The translations under genes and the position numbers were made by a program. This document shows, piece by piece, positions 1-39,852 of a stretch of DNA of 64,000 nucleotides. This DNA comes from Macrostomum lignano (taxonomy: Eukaryota): the NCBI GenBank assembly GCA_002269645.1, contig NIVC01003980.1, positions 2,679 through 66,678 of the forward strand, given 5' to 3'. A model generated the notes under the pieces. The model did no database searches and was not told the origin of the DNA. It saw only the letters and a list, made by a program, of their open reading frames with translations. How positions within the stretch are numbered: the first letter of the stretch is position 1; each line of letters begins with the position of its first letter.

Positions 1-701
1 TCTCCTCCTCCTCGGCGCTCCACCAGCTTCGGGTAGGGATCACCGGTGTCCATGGGCTCCTCTTCAACAAAAAGCCCCTGACCAGCAGGAAGGCAGCCTT
101 CGTCCATCGGCTGCAGGGTCCTCCACCTCGGATTGGTCAAATGCCCTGGAGCAGCCAGCCACCTGGGCAGGGAGTCCTTCTCAGGTCGGCCATGCCCCGA
201 GGGGTTGGGCCCAGCTGGGACGTCCCTGGACAAACTGGTGTGTCTGGACGTCCGGGCGACCTCTCGCCTCAGCTGGCTGATTTTGGCAATGCGGACCGCT
301 TCATCTGCTCGGCCGTCTGGTGCTGTGCGCTGGGTGTTGGTCGCCTCCGCCCTCAGCAGCTCCCGCCTCCGCCTCGGACGCTTCCGCGTCCCGCCCAGCC
401 CGCCTTGCTTACTGCCATGGGGAGGGTCGGCCTCGAAGGAAGGAATGCGCAGCTTCTAAAGACCAACGTTGATGAAACTGTCGAGCGGATAGCGCCACAT
501 CACGCCTCATCAAAGCGTCCGACAGCCCCAGGCTGGCTGTGAATCCGGTGCCGTCTGTGCGCTTTTGGATGCCGTGCACGGACCGAAAGGAGCTTGTGGT
601 GAAGCGGTTGCGGCTGACGGGACCAGGAGACCAGGAGGAGCTTGTGGCTAAGCGGGTCAAAAGTTCGCTTTAGACAGAGAAAGAGAGGTAGATAGATAGA
701 T

Positions 702-738
<37 letters not shown>

Positions 739-1268
739 AATTACGGTGTGTCTAAATGCACGAACTCTCACTTCCGGACCAATTGTCTGGGCACGAAATT
801 GAATGATCACTTACTTTTCACGGGCTCCTCTTCTTGTAGGTCAGATTCCAACGGCGCGCAGGGGTTGAATTCTGAAGTCGGGCGAGTATAAGAGCAGTTG
901 TAGTAATCATAACGCTTTAATCCGTCGACATTAGTTTCTTCCTCGTATTCAGTGATCAGAATCAGGGATGCTCCCTCTTAATAAAATAAACTTTATGACA
1001 GTAACGAGGTCCTCGAGGAAGGGCGTCTTCTTCTAGAAAAAACAGAATCAGAGTCGCGTGCTCTTATCTGTTACTCTAGAGTACCAAATCAATAAATCGA
1101 TAATCGTTTAAGAGTATCGGAATTGGTCCAATGGATCGTATCCAATCCCTTAGGAATATATAGGCCTTTAATTCAATAAATCAACAGAAATCAACTGATA
1201 AATCACAGGCGATAATGACTCAGCTTTAACTAATCAAATAACAAAGACTTCAACAAAGGCTTACCCAT
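1..1268 (-). CDS. Unidentified spliced coding gene or intron-containing element, partial, running off the left edge
   Basis: Minus-strand pieces: ATG G|gtaagc at 1268-1265; acceptor ttttctag| at 1032; exon 1032-815 reads EEDALPRGPRYCHKVYFIKREHP/LILITEYEEETNVDGLKRYDYYNCSYTRPTSEFNPCAPLESDLQEEEPVK (needs +1 C at ggg 965-967) and ends at donor gtaagt; a stop-free frame 455->1 (KLRIPSFEADPPHGSKQGG...LFVEEEPMDTGDPYPKLVERRGGG). No family recognised, and the exon phases do not join cleanly. Confidence 0.4.
673..734. repeat. (AG)n/(GATA) microsatellite
   Basis: Direct reading of the sequence. Confidence 0.95.
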
Positions 1269-1519
1269 TGGTGTAAACTTCTCTCAGAGATGTAGCCTCG
1301 TTCCAGTAGTAGTTCTGGATGGGTCTCAAGTTCTCTTGAGGCTGCTCCGAGTTTGAAATTTCAGCTCGGATTGTTGTTTAATTGTCGCGCCTGTTAATAC
1401 GCACGGCGCGTTGAAAATAAACACCTAATGGAAGTTGAACTGATTTTTTGAGGTTTACAAATTTTATCCTTAATGTGATTGCCTTTTCATTTTGCACTAT
1501 TTAGTGCAAATAAGTGTAA

Positions 1520-1785
1520 CACTGTCCACCATTGAGTACCCGAAAACCGTGGCACAGAGAGTACATATTATCCACCATTGTCTCAGAATCTGTGGCAGGG
1601 CACACATTGTCCACCATTAAGTACTCAGAATCTGTGACACAGGGAGCACACATTGTCCACCATTGAGTACTCAGAATCTGTCACAGAGGGCACATATTGT
1701 CTATTATTGAGTACTCAGAATCTGTGACAAATGAGCACCGATTGTCCACCCTTGAGTACTTAGAGTGAGCAGACATTGTCCTCTC
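1520..1785. repeat. Degenerate minisatellite, ~42-bp unit (ATTGTCCACCATTGAGTACTCAGAATCTGTGACAC...)
   Basis: About 6 imperfect tandem copies visible. Confidence 0.85.
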
Positions 1786-2300
1786 AAGGACCACTGAAGT
1801 CACTTCGTTAGGTAGTCTTCTAAAGTAGTCCTTGTGTCCTCTCTTGAGTTCCCAGAGGGTGACAAAATGAGCACTTTAGTGACAATGGCAACCGTTCTTT
1901 AGCTAGGCAGATGTTTTGGACCTTCAATCGGTGACTATGGACATCCGGCTTCGAATTTCTCTAATGTCGTTTATCAAGCCTTGACGCTGGAAACCATTTC
2001 CTAGTATAAAAAACAGTAGAAATTTATTCCTACTATTAAATGTCAAAGATTCTTTTGTGCAAGCTGATCGTTTAAATTAATGAAGCCCGACTGTCACTTC
2101 CAGGCACTGTTCAGCATCAATAACTTTTCACAAATTGAACATGCTCTGTCGTGTTGTCCCCAAGCGCGAAGCGAAGGCCTTAAAAGTCCTCGATGACACA
2201 AGTAGCTTCCACCTGATAGTTGAACTCTCATGCAGAGTCTCGATCGCGATGCAAAAATCGGCCGACTTGATTGTCTGTAAGGTCAAAAATTGTCTCAAAA

Positions 2301-2933
2301 GGGGATGTGTACTTAAGAGTCTAAATGGAGCCTGAAGCATTGGGTCCAGATTTCTCTAAGCCAATCCCTTCATTTGGAGCCAAATAGCTCCCGTTATGCC
2401 AAAAACCCGACCACTTTAGCATTTGGGGATCTCTATGGGGAGAAATGGGATAAATGGGATTTCATGTGAACTTAAAGCTCTATGAGCTTGAAATACTTAA
2501 ATGACAAGATGACCAAGACGACCATATGACCAGAGCATTAGCATAGTCATCTGGCGACCCATCTGGCGACCAGATCATCAGTCCCAGAACGACCACACCA
2601 CAGGCTCTGCTGAAGAGGGACAGCTGCACGTCGAACATCGCCCGCCGCCGGCAACTTCAGCCGCCCCGACTAAGGATCCTCCCGTCTCATCCCCAGTTAC
2701 TGCCTCGTCATCTGCTTCATGACGTCAACGCCCTCCTTACCCCCATGACTGCAATGATGCAGCAGAATCAGCTCTCATACCGCTCTCATCCTGCTCCACT
2801 GTCCTTCATTGTCATTTTAAAGGTTCGTCTCCCGACAATCAACGGCGCTGACCCTGCCGCATTCCCGTAGTCCCGTATAGAAATCGGGACCCAATGCTTC
2901 AGGCTCCATTTTGACTCTTAAGTACACATCCCC
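2301..2933. mobile_element. Non-autonomous TIR element (MITE/Pack-type) with ~55-bp terminal inverted repeats
   Basis: 2301-2355 GGGGATGTGTACTTAAGAGTCTAAATGGAGCCTGAAGCATTGGGTCCAGATTTCT matches the reverse complement of 2879-2933 with 2 mismatches. No clear TSD. Confidence 0.85.
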
Positions 2934-3011
2934 TTTGAAAGAGTAATGTCCAAAAGTACACTGACTGTACAAACCTGTTTAAAAATCATTGCTACGCTCG
3001 TAACAAACCCG

Positions 3012-3068
3012 ATTGGGCCAATAGGGCCGATTTTATGTTTGCCTGTCAGAGTTGCTATAACTATAAAA
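3012..3068 (+). promoter_or_regulatory. Core promoter of the WSC-PAN gene: CCAAT boxes and TATA box
   Basis: ATTGG at 3012-3016, CCAAT at 3018-3022, TATAAAA at 3062-3068, about 80 bp before the ATG at 3145. Confidence 0.6.
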
Positions 3069-3144
3069 GAGTCCTATCTGACTGGAGATGCCGAACTGCT
3101 TACCACAAACTCAGCTGCTCAAAAACATCTCTCCGAGCAGTGAA

Positions 3145-3882
3145 ATGTTCCGCCCAGCAGCGACTCTCTGCGTTCTGTTCTGCACTGCCTTCCTGTTGAC
3201 TTTCGTCACCTGCAGGTTCGTCCGCTTCTCCTACCTGGGATGCTACAAGACCGATCCTCACCCAGAGACCTGAACGGGCTCAGTGGAATCAGCAAGATTG
3301 GTGGATTTGATGTCGATAACGGGCGAGTCAAAAGTACTACGGAGATGTCGCACGAGCTGTGCAGCGGCATCTGCTCGATAGGCAGCTTCCCGTACTTCGG
3401 AGTGCAGTATGAAAAAGAGTGCTACTGTGGCCACTCATACGGATCCCATGGCTTGGTGAGCGAAGCCGACTGCAGCAGGGATTGCGTGGGAAACGCAATG
3501 CAGAAATGTGGCGGCGGCTACAAAAACTCCGTGTTCTCCCTGAGCTACCCAGGTACTGTTCTGATTTCTAAGTCTTAGTACCTATAGCCAGAATGAAAGC
3601 ATGCTAATTATTTAAAAGTTGCATCTTCGTTCAACTTCAGTTTCTGACAACAACATCTACACGGTAGTGAAGCAGTCCAGCCCTCCCGTGACATCCGGTA
3701 CGACTTCCGTCTGGCCTGTCGCTGCCCAGTCCGTCGAGGACTGCCTGCTCCGGTGCAGCGCCAGAGCCGACTGCCAGGCCGCCGTTTTCTCCCGACAGGA
3801 GCTCGCCTGCCACCTGCTGGAGTTCGTGTACCCGCCTGGCCACCTGAGCGGACCCGAGTGGACTCTGTTCGTACGTGGCTGA
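3145..3882 (+). CDS. Secreted WSC-domain + PAN/Apple-like domain protein (2 exons: 3145-3552, 3641-3882; 1-bp frameshift near 3247)
   Basis: Hydrophobic signal peptide MFRPAATLCVLFCTAFLLTFVTC; WSC pattern YLGCY..D..RDL..MS.ELC..IC...FPYFGVQYEKECYCG....C...C.GN..QKCGG; 88-bp phase-1 GT-AG intron; PAN-like SVEDCLLRCSARADCQAAVFSRQELACHL; AATAAA near 3982. Confidence 0.85.
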
Positions 3883-4389
3883 GCTCGCGAGTGGTGCGGT
3901 GACCGACTGGCTTAGTTGAGCATGGACTGAAGCAGACTGTATCAACCCGTCCTTGATGCGCAATCCCACATCTTCGAGACAAATAAAGGTTCAACCTAAA
4001 AAGCTCTGTTGGTTTTATTGCAGAAAATCTGATTGAAGGGTTCCGTTCGTTTCTGTACTGTTTTTGGCGCTTAATAACTTCCTCTTGAAAAATCATTAGT
4101 AATGGATTTTAAACTTTCCGGATTTTTTTCTATTTGATTAAATTCAAATAAGTATCATTGAGTGGTAAAACAAAACAGAATCATTTCAAAAGTACGGATT
4201 TTCGCTTTTATTTGTATTTTTCTGGATGCTTTTGCTTCCAAAGAGACGGCTGCTTTGTGGAATCGCATTTCGGCATTACTCTTCTAGGTACTTTGTAGCT
4301 TGAAATTACTATGAGAATCAACCTTGGACAAAACATACGCTTGCTTCGTTTGCAATTTTTTAATTCCCAAGTTGACTTTTTACATAATA

Positions 4390-4630
4390 CCCAGCGACAT
4401 TAAAAAGTCGCCATCACAGAAGATTCTACCTGTGGTCGCCACTTTTCAGAGTGCAGGTAAAGTCTCTCAATCTTTGCGAGTGACGCAACTTAGCTACGCC
4501 GCGGCAGGCTTGAGTTGAGGAATGAAGTGGGGGGAGCGGTGTGCGAGGGTTACGGATTAAAGCTACCCCGAATAGTCTAAGAGAAATTGCTCACTGGCGC
4601 ATAGAGTGGCGACTTTTCAATGTTGTTGAG
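4390..4630. mobile_element. MITE with ~25-bp TIRs and TA flanks (copy 1)
   Basis: TA|CCCAGCGACATTAAAAAGTCGCCA ... TGGCGACTTTTCAATGTTGTTGAG|TA; a near-identical copy lies at 5767-6037. Confidence 0.8.
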
Positions 4631-5766
4631 TATACACTAATATACGGTAGCTTTCTCACCTCTATGTTCTTCCATGACTGTAGTTTGTTTGCCTATGGAC
4701 TCAAGCAACTCTGTAATTAATCATCCACACAACCAACGGCAATTCTGCCAATTCAGCTGATTCCTAAACACATACCAGCTCGCAAATACTGTATACAGGC
4801 ACGCAATCATGCACACTCTCACATAGGGTACACAGCGAAACTGAATTTATGACCATCAGGCATATACACTGTCCTGGGGGTTGGACCTGATGCGTGTACG
4901 TTCGTGGGAATCATACGACAACACATGTTGCTAATTGTCGTATACAAGACCCAAATTGATGCAGCTGGAATCTGGAATCGAATTATCGAACTAGTGGCGC
5001 GATCGAGTCAGGTGCGGGTTCTTCTGCTATAAGCAACGTTGCAGCTGCGGAAACAGTCCATGACGCTTAACAATAGATCAATTGTTGCTCGCTTCCTGTG
5101 GGATTTTTGCTTGATTTCCTTTAGACCGCCCAGGCTTAACTTCCGTCAAGGATGTGCGGGCTAACTTTTACCATCTTTAGGGCAGCAACCGAAAGCAAAA
5201 GATGCATGGCTTAAAAGACGATGCAAAACATTAGAAAAGCTTTTCTTCGGCATCTCCTTGACAAAGTCACAATAGTGGAAATAGTTTCCGCAATTCCAAC
5301 TGTAGAACTATGGAAGTCTGCGGAGCATTGAGCCATTGTTTAACGCATTCAGATATACCCGAAAGATCTCATTTTTAATGACACGCGCCTGCATGGCATG
5401 GCTAAAGTCTGTGGCTACCAGAACAATTGCATTAGACTTTCGCTTCACTATAGACCCCTATAAGCTTCGATCGATTTCAAAAGTTAGTCTGGAAATGGAT
5501 GGAGCAATGGAAAATTAGGCCAGCAAGGAGTGTGATCCGACAGCAATACTGATGTTCCACTAAAGCTCGGATCCTGAGTGCGCTTCTCTTATCTGCAGGG
5601 GCGTCGCCACCGAGGGGGGGGGGACATGTCCCTCAGTAAAAGCTATGGGGGGCCAGATCTTTGTTCCCGAGGAATTGTGAAAACCGATGATACCAATGGC
5701 GAATACAACTAAAACTTTCTTTGTTGCACGACATGTTTCGCTGAACACGCAGTATCGTCAGGTATA

Positions 5767-6037
5767 CTCAGAAACATCGAAAATTCGCCATCACAGAAGA
5801 TTCTACCTGTGGTCGCCACTTTTGAGAGCGCAGGTAAAGTCTCTCAATCTCTGCGAGTGACAGAACATAGCTACACCGTGGCAGACTTGAGTTGAGAAAT
5901 GAAGTGTGGGAGCGGTGTGCGAAAGTTAAAGACGGATTAAAGCTACCCGATCAGTTTTCTCGTATCGTTTAGTTCAGAATAGTCCAAGAGAAATTGCTCA
6001 CTGGCACATAGAGTGACGACTTTTCAATGTTGCTGAG
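5767..6037. mobile_element. MITE with TA flanks (copy 2 of the 4390-4630 family)
   Basis: Same internal sequence (CATCACAGAAGATTCTACCTGTGGTCGCCACTTTT...) plus a ~30-bp insertion; TA on both sides. Confidence 0.8.
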
Positions 6038-7126
6038 TAAATTAGTGAGAACCAACACGGACGCAAAATATAAATTTGAGCACGGTGTACAGATTAGCTA
6101 TAAATGCGCAAACATAATTTACATAGTCGATGGAACTAGAAGATTCTGAGGTGCACACTGCTGCCTCTCCCTGCTAGTTGAACGTTTAGGGAGGGTTTGA
6201 AATCTTTGATGTGCGTTGACGACACTCATTTTCTAATACGATCTTATAAGTTTGTTTTACTTGTACATCGAAAAATTAAAAAAATTGAGTTCATATACTC
6301 TCGGTTTTTCTCCGTCCGCTGTTTACTCCCTCTGCGCATGGCTTTTGTCCTGTGCCGTAAGACAACCTCTTTAAGCGAAGACTTAATTAGTTTATTATGT
6401 GTAAAATTCAGTTATATTTCGCCAACTTCAGCTTCAACCAATTGGAAACTTAGATTGATCGATCTCTTTATTTAGTAATTACTACATTAATAAATACTGC
6501 TCATGCTGTGGGTTCAGCGAACCATGCCGTGCAACAAATAAATATTTAGTTTTATTCACCATCGATATCATCGGTATCCACAAATATTCGAAATAAGCAG
6601 AATGTATCCTCATACGTTCGGGACTTGTCAAAATAATTAAAATATAATCCAAGATGCGTTTCCAAGTCATACTAGTGAAATTCCAAACAGCTGTGAATCA
6701 GCGCCTACGAGAAAGCGGTGACCTGAGCATTGGCATGAAAGTTGATATTTCATCGAATGAAAGTTGGTATTGAAGCTAAATTGTGCTCATTTGTAATGTA
6801 GTTAGCGATGGAGCACGGCTGCTCAGTTTTGGATGCTGTGGTCACCACAGTGTATAAATGCATCCGACCATGGTCGCTGGACTTTGTAGGCATTGAACTT
6901 GAGATGACCGTCCTGCTGTTGATGACAGAAATTACGATCTAAGCAGGGAAGGATCAAACAAGCAATGCTTTCGAGTGATCTCCTGCAAAGACTGGGGATA
7001 CTCGTCCAAAAGTGCAATCTTTACAATCAACAAATTTTTGCCAACAGTCAGTTTTTTCTTACGTGTCTTTCGTGCATCGCTTCATTGAGCAATTGCCGGT
7101 AAGCTGCAGTAACTCGACTAAATGAC

Positions 7127-7640
7127 TGTGTACCCCCCCCTCCCCCCCAGGGATGAACCGGGAGCTGCGAACCCGTCTATTCCTACTCTAATACTGCGAG
7201 AGTTCACTGCATAACTCGTTTCCACGCGCGGCACCCCGGTAAGTAAAGAGACTCGCACCTGCAGTTTGTCGAAATCCAACAACGCGCCCGAATGCACCGC
7301 TAACTGTTGCGTATATTTTGCTATTCACTTCACTACCGTCAGTGGGACACAGGGCGCGCGCATAAATAGCAAAGCAAAAAGGGTGAGGGTTAAACCGACA
7401 GACAAAGCAAGTACACCCAACCCAACTGGCTAGCCAATCACAAGCTGCCGCGGGAAGGGTGGGGCAACAGAGCTGGCCCGCGCACGAGCTGACCGGGCCC
7501 TGGGCAGGCCGTAGCCAGACTAGAGCGAGGCCTATAAAGCCCCCAAACCCCAGTCCGACCGGCCAACCCGATGAGAGAAAAGGCCGGGGGAAGCCCTCAC
7601 TGACGCAGCAAGGCACAAACAGGACCAATGCGCTCTTCTT
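7127..7640 (+). mobile_element. GC-rich promoter-like island, possible solo LTR
   Basis: Abrupt GC-rich block in AT-rich DNA with CCAAT (~7433) and CTATAAA (~7533). No second copy or TSD confirmed. Confidence 0.3.
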
Positions 7641-9314
7641 CGGCTAAGGCATCCGTCGAAAAGTTGGATAGACGCTGTTGTCATGGCAAAAAATGTATTC
7701 TTCCTTTGACAAGCAGCAGTCCCACTGCTCCAAACTTTGGAGGACCAGTTTCATAATAAAAGTGTAAATTCTGCTTCATCCAACTACTTTGCAAGACGCT
7801 TTTACAGGTCCAAAAAGGACAATTACGTTTTCTGGAAAGATGGAGTTCAAATTTGGCGGTAGCCCTTCATTTTTAAGACAAAAGATGACAGTGCTTCGCA
7901 GTGACTTACATATAGGGGTTTCATTTAGCAGCGCCTTAAAATTATATACTTCGACCTATTGGAAGTCTCCGATTGGACTGCATCAACGTCGAATCTCAAC
8001 ATTTGAAACGTCCTTGAACTTCTTGATTGTGTGAGCTAATACGAGCGTAGTATCAAATGGAATGCTACATTTGTGGTTCTCTTATACTCGTAAGACAAAA
8101 AGGTTCGCAATTGAAATGGTGTTCAATTATCGATCTTTCGGTGGGCGGCAAGCCTTTTAGCTTATAGCTGTTTATCTGACGAGCTTGCAATGCGAATCAA
8201 AGAAAACAAACAATATATGAAGTATTCGATTGGATTTTCCTTCTCACTGTGCTCGCAAGCACCTACACTTAATCTAATTCAGAGTGAACGAGCTACTCTT
8301 GTCATCAACCATTCATGTACTTTAAGCTTTAGCAAGGACTAGGGTGCAGCAAAGCGTTCATTGATGTCTTCCATCAATTTTTTTGATATATCAACGATAT
8401 ATTTCATTGATGTAACTACATTATAAGCCAATAAAGATTCCAATCAAAGGCTTATATACAGCCGAGCCCACCCAATTCGAACCAAAATACACTTTATGTA
8501 CTTATTTTTAAGTGTTGTAATTAACAAATGTTGTAGCTCTTAATTTTTTCCCGCATACTCTTTTTCGTCTGTATCATGAGATAATACAAATTACTTAGCA
8601 CATGTACAGTAATGATGGCAGCTTAATATAGATTGATTATATTACAACAGAATTAATTCTACAAGGTTTTTTAAAGACATTGACGGTGACGTTGAGAAAC
8701 GATTATGATGAGACAATCTATTATACTTTGCTCAATATAGTACATTTAATTTGTTTACTAGACACCGTCATAAAGCTGAAAAATGTGCACAATATGTTTA
8801 GTTCGTAAAAGTACAAGCGATATTTATGTCAATAACCGAAACCAAATGAAACAAAATATATTTCAAAGGCAACTTTTTGAGTACAAAAACGCAGTGTGTA
8901 CAAAAAGGTACAGTTATTAAATCATACATCTAATCGCTGTAATTTTGTGCATGTATGCGTAAAACAAACGTTAATAATATTAAAACGCTTTTTAGGCTTT
9001 ATGGTTTTCAACAAAAACTTTTTAGAGAATAAAGTTGTTTTTCATTTTTCTACTTTTAAACCTCAATTCAATTTAATAATTCAACAAAATCTGCATGTCG
9101 GCTCACGAAAACGAGAATGGATATCAAGTCGTCTTTTCAAATAAAGTCGATCGGTAGCTACGCAAAATTACAAAAACTGCATGATAGATAATCGAAAAAT
9201 ATAGAAACAACAAAAGAGCAACAGATACATTTTGAAAGAAACAGAACGACATGGGTTGCAAATATTTTTTACTAAACAGATTACTAAATTAGATAAACAA
9301 GTACACTTGGAGCT

Positions 9315-37386
<28,072 letters not shown>

Positions 37387-37681
37387 ATCTTTAAAATTTC
37401 TGTCAAGTGTTTTTTCGATTCCTTTTAAAAATATGCTGATTTAATCCCTACCAATAGAAGCTACAATTATAGATAGAAGCTAGGCCTACAGCTAAAGGGT
37501 ACAGCTGACTGCTGAGCTACTGAGCTACTGAGGCGAGCCACTAAGCGGCTGAACCAGAGTGCAAGGCCCATCAGAAACCCATATACACGAAGCATTTGAT
37601 ATGCATGTCAAAATTATTAAGTATAACTTCGGTTTACTGCGCTAAATTATTATCCTGATTTTTTATTAAACTTTCTAAAAA

Positions 37682-38138
37682 GGCAGTTGTTATTTGTCTG
37701 GTGACCGGACGAATAGCCTTTTTGCTATTTGTCCGGTTAAATTGCTAACACATATCTTATTTGTTTCGTGATGAATATTCTAGATTTTTAAGACCTTTTC
37801 TCATATACTGATTAATATTTTCTTATATTACTTGAGTGTAAGCAAAGCAGTGTATTTAATTCGGCATAATTTGGTGTAGGCCCTATAAGACACACACTAG
37901 TATAACAATATAATAATCAAGACATGAGTAAGAAGTCTTTGAAGTCTAGTAATATTTACCCTTGTGGTTTTTATAAACTAGATATTTTAGCATTATCAAT
38001 TTAACCGGACAAATAACAAAATGTCTATTTGTACAGTATTAACCGGATGAATAGGAAAGCATGGTCAGGATCCAGTAACGTAACTGGACAAACAACCACA
38101 TCGTTATTCGTCCGGTCACTGGACAAATAACAACTGCC
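37682..38138. mobile_element. Mutator (MULE)-type MITE with 36-bp TIRs and a 9-bp TSD
   Basis: GGCAGTTGTTATTTGTCTGGTGACCGGACGAATA ... TATTCGTCCGGTCACTGGACAAATAACAACTGCC; TTCTAAAAA at both 37673-37681 and 38139-38147. Confidence 0.9.
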
Positions 38139-38184
38139 TTCTAAAAATGTAAAACTGACAAGTAAGTCTAAGTCACAGACATTA

Positions 38185-38948
38185 GGTTCCGGCCAAAGTC
38201 GTCATATTTGAGATTGTCATCTATGGCTTACGAGAAAAACAACTAAATTATCTAACTCGTCATTATCTCAGTATTGGACAATGCTGCATTCACTAAATTG
38301 TCATATTGTGTTGCATTGGCTGCAAAGGATCTTAGCTCATGGCAGCAGCATGTTCTTGTTTGCCAACAAATTAAAATGATTTATAGTATATAACTTAAGG
38401 CTTATTCAAACTACTATCAAATGAGCCATCAAAATCTGTCAAATACAAAGGAATCAAAAAGAATATGAAATTTGCTTTTAACTTGGAACTAATTTTATTG
38501 CATCATCATGCCTAGCCTACTAAATGTCAGCTATACAGTGTAGGCCCTAGTTCATTTTTATCTTTGTGTTTTTACTTAATTGGCCGATAATTGATACTTA
38601 CATATATATCAACAAATGAAATATAACTTAAACTTGCATTCCTTGCTACTGCAGAGTGTAGGCAGTTCTTTGCATAAATTAATTTTAAAATTTGTCATCT
38701 CTCTACTGTTTATTATATATTAGTCTCAGTAGTCATGCAGCAATCAGCATTAATTGACACAGTTAATATAAAAATTACAGGTGCATGCAAAGGATTTTTG
38801 CCTGAAGGTAGGAAAATCCTAAAGATCTAAATTAATACACCCTTGCCTTTGGTCAAAGTTATCATAGTTAAATGTTTAAATCTTCTAGATTTGTTCAAGT
38901 TGTCATCATCATATGACAATTTTGAATATGACAATTTTGGCTGCACCC
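38185..38948. mobile_element. Old degenerate MITE
   Basis: Left GGTTCCGGCCAAAGTCGTCATATTTGAGATTGTCAT versus right reverse complement GGGTGCAGCCAAAATTGTCATATTCAAAATTGTCAT. Confidence 0.55.
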
Positions 38949-39714
38949 CAGACATAAGGCCTAGTAAAGTCAACATCAACAAGTGACATAGGATAATAAT
39001 CCAAAGCAGGAAAATAAAGCAGGTTGCTGAATTGCTAATCTGGAAATGCTGGAAAACAATCTTTAATGCAAGTTTAAAGCATATAAGACTATAAAGTATT
39101 TATGCAATGCCAGTTGCCAGATATTTAGATCGAGCCTAATTTAGAGCAAGAAACTGAAGTTATGCCAATTAGGCCCCTAACCGACTATTCATAATATATC
39201 ACTCATTAATTTTTAGAAGACATTGAATTCAAAAGTTTGTCTTTATTTTATCTTTATGCTTAATAAAGCTACATTGGTATAATAATAATATAGGCCTTTA
39301 AAAACTTATTTTAAAGTTATTAAATATAATAACATAATCTAAAATAAAAGTCACTTTAGAATTAGTATGAAAAAACAAAGCCTATCTTCTATTTAATTGC
39401 TAATGTTATATAGAGAAACTCCAATAAGATTTAAATACTAGTTTTTTATTTTTTTATTTGATCAAATTTTTATTTTCTTATATTTTCTTATTTGATCAAT
39501 CTAGTTAAAACTTTTGTACTTTATTTAAATTTTAAATATTCTTTTAATGCATTTTTGTCAGTTAGCTGGCACTGATAATCATTGCTTAAAAACTTGTTTT
39601 TTGGGGGCCTAGTGGTTTTGACAAAACTTTTTATTTAATCATTTTTTTCCAATGGCAAATGTGTCTTTTTTAGCTTTTTTAACCCTTATCTAAAAGCCAA
39701 GAAAGGGGGCTGTA

Positions 39715-39852
39715 TCCCAGTAGTAGCGTAGCTGCTCTGGTTGCTATGCTAGCAACCTAGGCTTGATTCCAAGTGCAGTCACATTAATTTGGGGCTGAAT
39801 TGGAATCTTGGCTTGGCTCTGCTTATACAATTAACAGCCTTGAAAGCCAACC
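39715..39852 (+). mobile_element. Decayed SINE-like dispersed repeat; second copy at ~57735-57880
   Basis: Shared TCCAAGTGCA..CATTAATTTG..TCTTGGCTT..TCTGCTTATACAATTAA..AAAGCCAACC, preceded by degraded A/B-box-like sequence. Confidence 0.6.

Noticed and set aside
5330-5520. Retroviral integrase-like text (IVLVATDFSH, minus strand)
   Set aside because: The similarity is too short and degenerate to call without an alignment.
7595-7670. Hammerhead ribozyme of a Penelope-like LTR
   Set aside because: The core is CTGACGC rather than CTGANGA and I could not form stems I-III.
7790-7840. Parvoviral NS1-like Walker A (NVIVLFGPVKASCK, minus strand)
   Set aside because: It lacks GKT/S, the surrounding frame has stops, and no other helicase motifs are present.
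8700-8785. C/D-box snoRNA (ATGATGA ... CTGA)
   Set aside because: There is no terminal stem next to the boxes, it is not intronic on that strand, and such motifs are frequent in AT-rich DNA.
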